From assembly GCA_951406725.2 (NCBI GenBank), contig OX597816.1, positions 83,390,001 to 83,454,000 on the forward strand: 64,000 nt of DNA, in the 5' to 3' direction. Shown here in pieces: positions 1 to 12,564 of this stretch. Position 1 is the first letter of the stretch. Every line of letters begins with the position of its first letter. The notes beneath the pieces were generated by a model. That model searched no databases. It was not told the origin of the DNA and worked only from the letters and a program-made list of their open reading frames with translations. Position numbers and translations under genes: made by a program. The stretch is from Octopus vulgaris (taxonomy: Eukaryota).

Positions 1-535
1 ATGATATGAGTGCTATCTTTGCAATCGCATTGTCTCCCCATGGAATTCGCTATCTTCTCACGATTTATATTTACTCTGTAAAATTATCCCCCGTCCCCAC
101 CGCTACTATCAACTCCTTGCCCTCTTCTTTACTCTTGTTCTTTGTCTCATTCGCTTTTTTTTTTGTATGTTTTGTTTATTTCTAAGAATGTAAACAAATT
201 CTATTGTTTTCAAAAATATTGTCTGATCCTTTTTTCGAATTCAATTCTATCCATCCGTATGATTTGTTTTGTTTTTCTATCTTTGATCTTAGCCATTGGG
301 TATGTGTCTTGCTAGCGAATGTTAGAGGAACAAACTAGAACGCCTCTTTCTTTCAAATCTCTTCTCTAGACTTAAAGTAAAAACGAACATCGCACACCAG
401 AAGGTAAGTTTAGTTACCCTTGTTTCGTTACCACAGTTTCGATTTCCAGTCGTTCCTATCCAGTTTAAAATACACTATGATCCTCAAAGGTATAAATCAC
501 GGACTTCCGAATTTTTGCTCGAGTAAACCAGACGC

Positions 536-640
536 TGTATGTATGTATGTATGTATGTATGTATGTATGTATGTATGTATGTATGTATGTATGTATGTAT
601 GTATGTATGTATGTATGTATGCATGTATGTATGCATGCAT
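536..640. repeat. (GTAT)n microsatellite
   Basis: Direct tetranucleotide run; it produces the MYVC ORFs. Confidence 0.95.
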
Positions 641-987
641 GGCGTTAACCATATTTTCGTCTCCTGTCTGGCTCTAAGGCTGTATTCTGTTTATTTATTT
701 CAGTTTCTTCGTATGTCCACATTTCATCTTGTTTATTTCCGTCTTTATCCCTCGTCTATCCACTAATGGTCTCGTCTTGAATCACATTTATTTCATAACC
801 TGAAATTGTATGTTCACTTTCTGTCATGACTTACCATTTCCTGGTGGCTTCTTGCTGCCGATTCCAGCAGAGGAGAGTAATATTATCGTTGAAGGCATGA
901 AATTGCGTCTGACCCTCCGGCCGTAAACGCTAAGGATTTGATGATCTTCTGTGTCTGTTTTCTGTTTGCGCATTTATTATATGTTTT

Positions 988-1027
<40 letters not shown>

Positions 1028-1034
1028 AGAGGCT

Positions 1035-1468
1035 TGTATCGATCGTATAGATTTATAATGCTAGAAAACACATAAAGTGCAGAAAAAATATCGTTCAGCA
1101 GCAGACGTAATTTTCGTCTGCTACTGATATTCATCCGTGCAGTGTACGTCTACACGAGATGCTTTTTCGCGACGAATATCGAAGTTGTGTGTGTTTCGAC
1201 TTACAGGAGGATGTTCTGAAATATTCTGAAATAATACTGTTTCCACCGCTAGTAAGAATACGCCATGTTGGATCGTTAGCCCCTACACGCAATTTTTTTC
1301 TCTCCTTGTTTCTCTCCTTGTTTCTTTTCTGTGTATCTTTCTGTCGAAGAGCGTAGGCTCGAAACGTAAAAGACTTGTTTTATTTCTATTCCTGAGCGCC
1401 ATACTAATACATTGTTTGTTTGTACTCCACCTGCCTTGGTCTTTTGTTTATTTTCGTAAACTTTCCCG

Positions 1469-1470
<2 letters not shown>
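1035..1470 (+). mobile_element. Non-autonomous Penelope-like/HHR-type element with a short inverted 5' arm, ending in (TA)n
   Basis: Fold-back near 1111 (cagcagcagacg/cgtctgctactg). The 3' part is homologous to 49015-49190 (-) and the 5' part to 25550-25990 (-). Contains an HHR-like motif and ends at the (TA)n starting at 1470. Confidence 0.55.
1336..1373 (+). ncRNA. Minimal hammerhead-like motif (variant core)
   Basis: tcttt-ctg-TCGAAGA-gcgtaggctc-GAAA-cg-TA-aaaga. ACGT palindromic stem III. The core deviates from CUGANGA and stem I is offset by 3 nt. Confidence 0.4.
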
Positions 1471-1536
<66 letters not shown>

Positions 1537-1538
<2 letters not shown>

Positions 1539-2030
1539 AAGTGTTACGGAATGGAGTAGGATCAATCCGGGCTACATATGTTTCATAGGGAGTGAAACCT
1601 CAGAAGTGGTAAAATCCAAGCGATGTGTATACCACCGGCTACTCTTCAGGCCAAGGATTTCTTGATTAGATTAAAGGTTACATTGTCGCATAGAGGTATA
1701 TGTTGTCACAAAGAGGATTCAATCAGAATATGCGGAGGGCACACATTCTGATTGAATCCTCTTTGCATCAACATGTACCTCCATTTTTCCTACTCCATTC
1801 CGTAACTCTTGCATTCCGTAACTCTTATATTCTTTTTCGCACTCTCGGCAACCCTGTTCGCCTATTGGGGAATATATAAACAGGTTAGCTGCTTATTTCA
1901 CTGCGATTGGTTAAAATGATGTAGACACCTTTGATGACAGCACAATAAGTGTCGTAAATCGATGAAGCCTGTAGGATTTGTTTTCAATCTACGGAAAAAT
2001 AGTTAAATTTGCTCTGTTGTATTTATACTA
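1537..2030. mobile_element. Head-to-head inverted HHR element (older, right arm internally deleted)
   Basis: 1693-1729 is inverted at 1745-1781 and 1538-1561 is inverted at 1788-1811. Flanked by TA-rich microsatellites. Confidence 0.65.
1564..1659 (-). ncRNA. Type I hammerhead ribozyme
   Basis: Minus strand reads aatccttggc-CTGAAGA-gtag...gtggta..taccac...ctat-GAAA-catatg-TA-gcccggatt. Canonical core, stems I and II pair, palindromic stem III, GUA site. Confidence 0.85.
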
Positions 2031-2099
2031 TGTAGGTTTACACACACACAGATAAATATATATATACATATATATATAGTAAATAATATATTGTATGTG

Positions 2100-2169
<70 letters not shown>

Positions 2170-2175
<6 letters not shown>

Positions 2176-2700
2176 TGGTTATATGGGTACAGGACGTCAC
2201 CAATGGTTCAAACAACATGTGAAATGCGTAAACAACGAGGGAAAATGGAGAACAGGACAAGTAAATACAAAGAAATGACCCTTCTTCAGTTGTCGGCTGT
2301 CTATCTACTCCTCATTTAGAGCATTCAACGACAATGTGAGTCTTCAAAGACATATAAATAGAATTTAGGATTTATAGAGGCTCAAAGCTGGAAACAAAAA
2401 ACATGACACTGGTGACATACAAGAAAACCGAACGAAAACAAATATGGAATGTTCATTACATATTTTTCCTTCATTAGAACAAATTTGGCTTACAGCTGTT
2501 TCCAGTAGTCGTTATAGGTACGTTACTGATTGGTTTATTCAATCCGTCTATTGACGAATTTTTATCAATTTTTCTCTACCGTCAATAGACCAATTGAGTA
2601 AACCTATCAACAGCGTACCTATAAGGACTACTGCAAACAACTGCAAACCAAATTTGTTCTAATGAATAAAAAATATGTAAATGACCATTATTTATACTGT
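2170..2700. mobile_element. Old TA-anchored element ending in a fold-back with ~110-bp arms and a decayed HHR
   Basis: Arms 2448-2556 and 2580-2689 are imperfectly complementary. Minus strand 2487-2520 reads cct-ataacga-ctactg-GAAA-cagctg-TA-ag. Confidence 0.55.
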
Positions 2701-2839
2701 GTCTTATATATCCATAATGTTGTATCCTGCTAAAGAATACTTAGAGTTCTTCACTAATCTAAACGATATTGTTGGCCTGGGATGCTAACAGAGAGCTCAC
2801 GAGGTATGTTGCCCGGATTGATAGTTTTTCACTATTTGC

Positions 2840-2887
<48 letters not shown>

Positions 2888-3054
2888 TGTTTCCTCGTTC
2901 TCGCGTATGGCCATCGTTCGAAGCACAGCTGGTGGAAGCGCTCCAGCTGTTTCAGATCCTTTCTGTAGGATACCTATGTCTCACTGGCATACAACAGGGG
3001 AATGGGGACAGCACTATATAGATCTTCACTTTAGTATTGCTAGAGTTACAATGT

Positions 3055-3620
3055 GGAGACCATAGGCTGTGTGGTAAGAAGCTTGCTTCCCACTTACATG
3101 GTTCCGGGTTCAACTGAAGAGCATAGCACCTTGGGCACTTCTACTATAGTCTCAGGCGAGCTAAAACCTTGTGAGTGGATTCGGAAGACAGAAGCTGAAA
3201 GAAGCCTGTCCAATATTTGATTCGCCGTCTGAAGAATTTTTAATAGAAGATATCTTACATGTTTATTCTACAGGTTTTTGTAACTCCTATTGATAAATGA
3301 AATAAATGAAAACATTGCAATGGTGAATAAATAATTGCCAAAAAGTTTCAAATTTCCTGTTTTAATATATGTATGTGTATATATGTACGTGCATACATAT
3401 GTGTGTATATCTGTGTATGTATGTGTATTTTCGTGTTTGTCCCCCACCTCGGTTTGACAACTGGTGTTTTGTCTGTTTACGTTTCGTAGCTTAGCAGTAT
3501 GGCAAAAGTGACCGATAGAATAAGTAGCAGGTACTGGGGTAGATTTCTTCGTTTAAATCCCTCAATTCGGTGCCCCAGCACGGCCGTAGTCCAATGGCTG
3601 AAACAAAATATAAAAGATAA
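3055..3620 (+). mobile_element. SINE family B (tRNA head, CORE-like, internal microsatellite), interrupted
   Basis: Head ggctgtgtggtaagaagcttgcttccc...ccttgggca; tail gaccgatagaataagt...ctgaaacaa. Confidence 0.75.
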
Positions 3621-3914
3621 AAGACATACGAATACACACACGAAGGTACATATGAATATATAAACACACACACACATACGCGCGCGCGCACACGCACACA
3701 CACACACACGCACAGATGCGATCCAAAATATTTGAGAAAAGATGGAAAGCTAGAAAGTATGTAAGAGCATGTTTGGGGTGCTGGCCAGGTGATTAAAAGA
3801 TTTGGTCACAGTCTTGTCACAAGATTAGCGCCAGGTTCTGTCTAAAGATTAATGCAACACCCAACTAGCGAAATTGACTCATACAAACACGCATATACAC
3901 AAATGTATGTATGT

Positions 3915-4012
3915 CATTCAATTTTATCTCAAGATTTCTTGTCAATAGAGAAAGAACCGGTTTCTAACCGAGACCCAAGGCTCCTTCATTAGAATTTCAA
4001 GATCAACAGAGT
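3915..4012 (-). mobile_element. 3' UTR fragment of R4/Dong-like LINE in (CATA)n
   Basis: Homologous to 21305-21395; flanked by (TATG)n on both sides. Confidence 0.7.
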
Positions 4013-4144
4013 ATGTAATTATGTATGTATGTATGTATGTATGTATGTATGTATGTATGTATGTATGTATGTATGTATGTATGCATGCATGCATGCATGC
4101 ATGTATGTATGTATGTATGTATGTATATATGTATGCATGAGCGT

Positions 4145-4237
4145 CTCTAGTATTTTTGATTATTTCAATTCCTCCGAGAAAGAAGTTGGTTTCTAAATAC
4201 AAACTTTCATCATTGGAATGTAGATAAAAAATATCCC
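4145..4237 (-). mobile_element. 3' UTR fragment of a related R4/Dong-like LINE
   Basis: tcattggaatgtagata is shared with 63125-63141; sits in TATG repeats. Confidence 0.5.
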
Positions 4238-4612
4238 ATGTATGTATATATATATATATATATATATATCATGGATTCTCTCGTCGTGAGCGACAAATAA
4301 AAATAAAGGTTAAGAAAATAAGCTGGTAATCATGTTCTATGGACATGCATGTGTCTCATGAGGCCCGCTGGTGCCTTGCAAACCTTTTGCCAAATAAAAC
4401 AAGTTGAGGATTCAGTTTGCTCGAGTGTTTGCGGATTATTTGCTATGTGTTTTCTTGTGTGGACGGCAAGACCTGCCGTGCTCCGTGCTACTAAACTTCG
4501 TGCTAATGATGAGTAAGGGTTTCACTTAGAGGAGCGCATTTTACTACGAAGTCGGTACCGATACTGGAATCGACTTTAATGATAGAAAAAAAGCTAAAAT
4601 ACAAAATAATAT

Positions 4613-5030
4613 CTTATTTCTTTATTGCCCACAAGGGGGTTAACATAGAGGGGACAAACAAGGACAGACAAACGGATTAAGTCGATTACATTGACCCCAG
4701 TGCGTAACTGGTACTTATTTAATCGACCCCGAAAGGATGAAAGACAAAGTCGACCTCGGCGGAATTTGAACTCAGAACACAACGGCAGACGAAATACTTA
4801 TTTCTTTACTACCCACAAGGGGCTAAACACAGAGAGGACAAAAAAGGACAGACAAACGGATTAAGTCGATTATATCGACCCCAGGGCGTATCTGGTACTT
4901 AATTTATCGACCCCGAAAGGATGAAAGCAAAGTCGACCTCGGCGGAGTTTGAACTCAGAACGTAGCGGCTGACGAAATACCGCTAAGTATTTCGACCGGT
5001 GCGCTAACGTTTCTGCCAGTTCGCCGCCTT
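4613..5030 (-). mobile_element. SINE family A (Meta-domain type), one head plus duplicated body
   Basis: Reverse complement of aaggcggcgaactggcagaaacgttagc..., followed by two copies of ctttcatcctttcggggtcgat; ~185-bp internal period. Confidence 0.9.
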
Positions 5031-5188
5031 ATACAAAGTGATACCTTACCATTATTATAGTTAACAAATAACACAGTTTGAGAAAATTGGAATGATCGCA
5101 ACAGAAATGTTGTTCTATATAAGTGAACCTAATTAAAGTATGATTTGAGTCAGAACAATAACATTAACAACAACACGATATTCTTATT

Positions 5189-5480
5189 CTGGTGCTCCGT
5201 CGGTTACGACGACGAGTGTCCCAGTTGATCAGATCAACGGAACAGCCTGCTCGTGTAATTAACGTGCAAGTGGCTGAGCACTCCACAGACACGCTTATTC
5301 TTAAAATAGTTCTCAGGGAGATTCAGCGTGACCCATAGTGTGACAAGGCTGGCCCTTTGAAATACAGGTACTACTCATTTTGCCAGCTGAGCAAACTGGA
5401 GTAATGTGAAATAAAGTGTTTTCCTCACTCTATTTCACAACACGTAACCGGGAATCGAACTCATGACCTTACGATAATGA
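5189..5480 (-). mobile_element. SINE family D (tRNA/CORE-type)
   Basis: Reverse complement of the 13419-13725 family; B box gttcgattccc. Confidence 0.8.
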
Positions 5481-5732
5481 TAAGAACAACAACAACTACA
5501 ACTTGCTAAAAATCTCAGCTGCATTTCCATCAAATTGCACCAACTGTACAGACCCAGACATGAACAAACGAACAGAATACAGTAGTAGCAGGTATGTATT
5601 TGTATCTGTATAATAGGCTCGATGATCACAACCTGCAAACCTTTTGGTTCTATATCAGCTGGAAGAGAGCTAAGACTGTACTAAACAACGAAAACCACAC
5701 CAACACCAACAACCACACCAACAACAGCAACT

Positions 5733-6152
5733 AGCGCAGGCGTGGTTGTGTGGAAAGATGTTTGCTTACCAACCACATGGTCCCTGATTGTGCACCACAG
5801 AGTGGAACCTTGAGCAGGTGTCTTGTAATATATCCTCGGACTGACGAATATCGTGTGGGTAGAGTTGGTAGATGGAAACTGAAAGAAGCCTGTCGTATAT
5901 ATATATAGACAACGTATGAGGGTTCGGCTATTTCTTACCGAACAACCATACAGATGATTTTTTTTTATAGTGGTTAAATGTCAGATCGACATTACCTGCA
6001 CAAGTGCAACATGTCAGATGTCGAAATGATCACAGAGCAACGTGAAATGAAGAGCTTTGTTCAAGAATAAAACGCAACGCCCGGTCCAAGAATCGAACCC
6101 ACGACCTCGCAATCTTGAGTGCAACATCTTAACCATATATATGTGCGAGTGT

Positions 6153-6220
<68 letters not shown>

Positions 6221-6390
6221 TTGTATTAGTGTTTGTCACCCCCGGGTGTTGGTGTGTTTACGTCCCTGTAACCTAGCCGTTCGGCACAAGAGACCGATAG
6301 AATAAGTTAGAGACTTCACACAAAAAATTGACTGCACAAAAAAATTTTCATGACTGCAGTCTAATGACTGAAACAAGTAAAAGATAAAGG
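5733..6390 (+). mobile_element. SINE family B with a minus-strand tRNA-derived SINE (5910-6135) nested in its internal microsatellite
   Basis: B head at 5733-5900 and B tail at 6225-6390; the insert has a reversed B box gaatcgaaccc. Confidence 0.7.
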
Positions 6391-7272
6391 ATATAGTAGA
6401 GCAACAATACTCATTTGACCCCTACATGGTGCGTCGATGTGCTTCCTGGTTTATTTGTGGATAACTTTCGCATATCATAATTTCTGGTGAATGTAGGTGA
6501 CAAAAAGCAGCCCTATTCTAGGAGCTCTATCAATACTATAACCCAATTGTCATGATTAACCACTGGCTGTACGTGGACAACTAAACTACATGAATGTAAT
6601 ATCAATCGCAACAGGCTAAACCAACGCCTATTCGCTTAGGTTCCTTATAAATTAACCTATAAAGTTTTATATTCTGTAGTATCAGTTACATTTGTTTCTT
6701 ATAGATGAACATACTACGTGTAAGAGGCCACTACACTCCCATTCACTAAGGAGGGAGAAGTTTCTTTCACGGACCGATAGAACAAAAGAAAATGCGTTGT
6801 GACACAATGTTTATGTGAGTTTGGTAACAACTAATTTATCATGGCAAACTAGGCAGTTGGGCTTGGGTTATTGAGTAAGATGTAAGCTAATTGTGATTCG
6901 AGACGACGACAAAATTTGCAATGCTGGTTGAAACCATTTTTTATTGCTTATATAGGCCAAGTGGGTGGGGGATAGATTGGCAGGAACGTTAGAACAGCGG
7001 GTACAATGCTTTCGATAATTAGTTGTCCTGCTTTACACCCAGAGTTCAAATCCCGCCGAGGATTCACATTGGCTCAAATTTCTGGATTTGTGTCGATACT
7101 AAAAATAGCTAAGCAACCTAATGTTTCATAGAAACATGTGAATGTTACACTTTTTGTATGTTTTTAGCGACTGGAATAACACAGATCAGAATTAGTTGTG
7201 GTTCCTCTGCATTCTGAGCTTAAATCTCGACGGAGAGGAAGGAATCAGCAATCGGAAACACCACAAGCAATA

Positions 7273-7338
<66 letters not shown>

Positions 7339-7341
7339 TAT

Positions 7342-7770
7342 TGTTAATGTCATAAGAAATTCCGAGAAAAAGTGGAATAATTCTTTTATGGAACAGTGTA
7401 AATCGAAATAGATGAAGCTATAAAAAGAATTGCTATAAAATATTTGGTCCAAAACCCCTTTAGATAGGAGAAACCGAAGGCCGCAGTGTAACTTGAAACC
7501 ACTTCTTCTCCTGACATGATGAACGTTTTACCACTGGACCAAAACAGTCACTCGAATTTCTTCTCTAGATTTGATACTTTACTCTTACCAGGAAAACTGT
7601 ATGGTGTTGACATCATAAGAATTTAGAAAAAAGGTGAAATAATTCTCTTTTGGAACGGTGAATCTGGAAGCAGATAAAGAAATAAATAACAGCGTGTAAA
7701 CCTCGAATTAAAAAAAATCACTTGGGATAGAAGTCGACGGCTGCCCTAATGACTTGAACCAACAAACTAG
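7342..7770 (-). repeat. Degenerate ~263-bp tandem repeat containing a tRNA-like segment
   Basis: tcataagaaattccgagaaaaagtggaataattc (~7350) recurs as tcataagaatttagaaaaaaggtgaaataattc (~7613). Minus strand 7479-7541 has A-box-like tggtccagtgg and B-box-like ggtttcaagt. Confidence 0.5.
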
Positions 7771-8242
7771 TCCTGTTTAAATCGACTACTAGTTATATTC
7801 TTTACCTAAAATTACGTTGTTGGTCGAGTAGAAATACCAACCCCTGCAATCTGCTAGGCATTAACCAACATAGTTTATTTCAGGGTTTCACTATAAACCT
7901 CTACTTCTATTTATTACCTGTTCTGGACTAACTTAAAATAGAATTGAATTACTAGATCATTCTATAATGACAAGACATGACTCTCTCGTACATTACCACC
8001 ACGACCATTACCATTACTGTCACTAAAAAATATTTTCTTCCATTGAAAGACCGTCAACACATTATCCATCCGGGATTTACGGCTTTTTCGTGTCTCCCTA
8101 TAATACCACATAACACATATGAGTCAATAGTTCAGCATTGTGGCTTAATAAATCCATCATTCAGAGTTCAACAGTACTTTCATCTTTTCACACACGCACA
8201 CACACACACGCACACACACACACATAAATGTGTGTGTACCTC

Positions 8243-8275
<33 letters not shown>

Positions 8276-8409
8276 AGATGTGTTTAGGTATTATATATAC
8301 ATGTGCATGTGTGTGCATGCATGCACACATGTTTACATATATATATATATATTTACACATACATACATATATATATATACATATATAGAGGTGTGTATTT
8401 TTATATATA

Positions 8410-8451
<42 letters not shown>

Positions 8452-8475
8452 TAGAAGTGTTTATTTTTATATATA

Positions 8476-8530
<55 letters not shown>

Positions 8531-9149
8531 GCACGCACACACATATGTAAACACACGTACACACACATACACCGTATATATTAGCTGTTTCGTTGAGATT
8601 TTGTTACATTGTGTCGGTATTTCATCTTTTAAGCTTTATGCGGCATCAAAGACTTAAAGAGACAACCAAGGTCAAAAGTAAGAAAGAAAAAGAGAAAAAA
8701 AAAACTAAATAATAACAACTAAAACGAAAACAAACAGAAATACTTTTTAAGTAAGTAAATATGTTTGAATATGACTTTGTCTTTGAGAAAAACGTCCTTT
8801 TTATCATATTTTTTACATTCTTACCATTTAAATACGTGATATTGTTACGTTGTTAAAACCGGGATAACGATAACAACACGTATTTAGTCATTTCCGTTGG
8901 TTTAATGGTTACTTTTATTTCGAGTTTGGACTTATAATTTTCACTCTAATACGAGAAGTATAGCTTTATATATTTATCAGGTACTTAGTTTTTGTTTACT
9001 GATGTTGATTTTCATGGGTTGTTTGGTTGTATTGTTTGTAGGTCATTCTGATGGTTTAGTAAGGAAACAAAGGAATGAACCTGAGTCATGATGCTGATGG
9101 GAATAATGGAGTTTCAATCGGAAGACACGGCTCAGATATACTATCAAAC

Positions 9150-9560
9150 TCTTTCTAATTTTGGTACAAGGCCAGCATTATTTTTCGGAGAGGTGCTAAG
9201 TCGTTTATATCGACCTTAGTGCTTGACTGGTACTTTATCTTATCCATCCCGAAAGGATGGAAAGCAATGCTGGCCTAGAATAAATGCCGCTAAGCATTTT
9301 GTCCGATGTCCGACCGATTCTGCCATTTCACTGACTTATTGTTTCAAATTTTAGCACACGGTCAGCAATTTTGGTGGGTGGGTGTTAGTCGATTTGATCC
9401 CCCCCCCCCCCCCAGCATTTGACTTTATTTTAGCAAACCTGAAAGAATAAACTGCTGAAGAGACCTCTGCGGTATTTGGACTCAGAACGTGAAAAGCCAG
9501 AAGAAATTCCGCTATACATTTTGAGTTGTTAACGATTTTGCCGGCTTGTCGCCTTACCTT
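9150..9560 (-). mobile_element. Two degenerate SINE A copies
   Basis: cccgaaaggatg, ctcagaacgt and gcacaaggccagc-type tail motifs. Confidence 0.7.
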
Positions 9561-9784
9561 ACTGAAAGCAAAGTGGACTCCACTAAATGCGTCTAAGAAC
9601 CAGATGGCAGATTTCATCAAAGTAGGCCGTGATATACAGGAATTCAAGGATACACACGGTTTAAACAAAGCCCTTTAAGCAACACACCCCAACCGCTTTC
9701 GATTTCGTCGATCCATCTTCTAAGATTCTTAGTTTATTTATTGCTTCGGGATGAGGAAAGGTGAAGTTGAACTCACAATACAAC

Positions 9785-9847
<63 letters not shown>

Positions 9848-9899
9848 CATAAATATATGCACACGCACAAGCACGTACACACACACACACACAAACACA

Positions 9900-10070
9900 C
9901 ACATATATATGACGGTCTTCTTACAGTTTCGGTCTACCAAATCCACTCACAAGGCTTTGGTCGCCCCGAGGCTATAGTAGAAGACACTTGGCGAAGGTAC
10001 CACGCAGTGGGACTGAACCCGGAACCATGTGGTTGGTAAGTAAGCTCCTTACCATATAGTCACTCTTGTG

Positions 10071-10075
<5 letters not shown>
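9900..10075 (-). mobile_element. SINE family B head
   Basis: ccaaatccactcacaaggctttgg...gggactgaacccggaaccatgtggttgg. Confidence 0.85.
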
Positions 10076-10108
<33 letters not shown>

Positions 10109-10603
10109 CCATGCGTGTGTGTGTTTAGTCACACATATACGTAGGCACATATGAGAACCAAGGAAAAATTAAGTTTAAAGACATTTCATGAAAAGCAGAA
10201 GAGAAAAACAAAATTATAATTTTTTTTTTAAATGTGTATTCCAGGACAATAAGGAAGTGACTTATTTTGTTAAGTCGAAAGGATTAACGGAATGCAGCGA
10301 AAATTACAGAAATGAAATCAAAGAAAAGAGTAGAAGAGAACAACAACAAAAGGAACCGTAAGAGCCACTTCAACAACGAGAAGAATGCATCGACTACAAC
10401 AATAACAAGAACAGAGGACTATATGTGGAAAAGTGTTCGAGTATTCACTTACTAACACACGGTTGTATTATGGGCATGTATGTGTATGCTTGTAGACATT
10501 TATACACAAACACATTACACATACACATACAAACATGGGCATATAAACATACACTCACACACATATATTTATATGCACGCATATTTATATGTATATAAGT
10601 ATG

Positions 10604-10645
<42 letters not shown>

Positions 10646-10695
10646 ACAGACAGAAAACGGAGCAGGCACACACACATATATGTTCTGTGTGTGTG

Positions 10696-11011
<316 letters not shown>

Positions 11012-11464
11012 AAGAGAGAGAGAGACATTTCAGTGGTGTATGTATGTATGTGTGTGTTTGTGTGGGTGGGGGTGAGTGTGTGTGTTAAGGAAATATATCA
11101 GATGATTAATTCCCTTGTCACACAACAAGGTAAGTCTGAAGAATGTGAATGTTGGACTGTTAGCAGTTGTGTCAACTGGATGGCATGAAGGAATTAACGA
11201 AAGCTGGCATAGAATTTAAGAAATATGTACAAAGGACATCACTGCAACATTTTCCGGACATTACTGAGCGTAGTTCATGTTCGACGAAAAATGTCGAATA
11301 TAGGGTGGAATAATTATTTAAGTTAAATATTTTAATACGCGTATGCTTGTGGTTATCTATATCACAAACAAGCGGTCAATAGATATTATGTTTATCGATA
11401 AAGTTTGGTGAATAATAGAGGAAAAGACATGTAAACGTTTTGAACAGAAATAACTTAAAGTATT

Positions 11465-12057
11465 AGTTTCAAAATTTGGCTCAAGGCCAGCATTTCGAAG
11501 GAGAGCGTTAGTGCTAACATCAGCTGGTACTTAATTTACCGACTCCGAAAGGATGAAAGGCAAAGTCGACCTCGACGGAATTTCAAGTCTGAAACGTAAA
11601 GACGGACGAAATGTTGCTAAGCATTTTCCTTGACATGCTAAAGGATTCTTTCCGCTCGCTACCATAACGACTTAGAATATTCCGTTCTACTATAGGCAAA
11701 AAGGCCTGAAATTTGGTGGGGGCAGTCAATTAGATCGACCCCAGTACGCAACTGGTACTTAATTTATCGTCTCCGAAAGGATGAAAGGTAAAGTCGACCT
11801 CGGCGGAATTTGAGCCTAGAACATAGCGGCAGACGAAATATGTTTCTTTATTGCCCACAAGGGGCTAAACACAGTGGGGACAAACAAGGACAGACAAACG
11901 GATTAAGTCGATTACATCGACCCCAGTACGCAACTGGTACTTAATTTATCGTCTCCGAAAGGATGAAAGGTAAAGTCAACCTCGGCGGAATTTGAGCCTA
12001 GAACATAGCGGCAGACGAAATATCGCTAAGCATTTTGCCCAGCGTGTAAACGTTCCT
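11465..12057 (-). mobile_element. Cluster of SINE A copies (monomer plus body dimer)
   Basis: Three Meta-type cores (ccgaaaggatgaaagg.aaagtc.acctcg). Confidence 0.85.
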
Positions 12058-12265
12058 AGGCTGCGAACTGGCAGAATCGTTAGCATGCCTGGCAAAATAC
12101 TTAACGGCATTTCATCCGTTTTTAGGTTCTGAGTTCAAATTCCTCCGAAGTCAACTTTGCCTTTCATTCTTTCGATATAATAATAACAATTTGTTCACTG
12201 GAACGATGTATTCGATACTCATACTTCTCTGAAATTGCTGGCCTTGTGCGAAAATTTGAAACCAA
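12058..12265 (+). mobile_element. SINE A, head-to-head with the preceding copy
   Basis: aggctgcgaactggcagaatcgttagc...gagttcaaattcc. Confidence 0.8.
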
Positions 12266-12387
12266 TAATATTATTCAAAATGATATGCATGTGTGTGTGT
12301 GTGTGTGTATATATATGTGTGTATATATAGGTTAATTAGAATAAGTTTGTGACTTGTTTCAGCCACTGTCTGGCGTCGATACGAATG

Positions 12388-12462
<75 letters not shown>

Positions 12463-12564
12463 TTATATGTATGTATACATGCAAAAATGAGCTTAGAAAA
12501 ATAACTCAGAGTAACCAGCGGAATATATTCCAACAACCTAGACAAATGCTAATGTTTCAAATAT

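Noticed and set aside
1925-1970. TTGATGA-cagcac..gtgtc-GTAAA-tcgat HHR-like string
   Set aside because: GAAA is interrupted, there is no valid NUH site and stem I is poor.
2275-2355. Minus-strand CTGAAGA and TTGAAGA motifs
   Set aside because: I could not build consistent stems in any HHR topology.
2940-2990. Minus-strand GAAACAGCTG after a hairpin
   Set aside because: No CUGANGA core or cleavage triplet is present.
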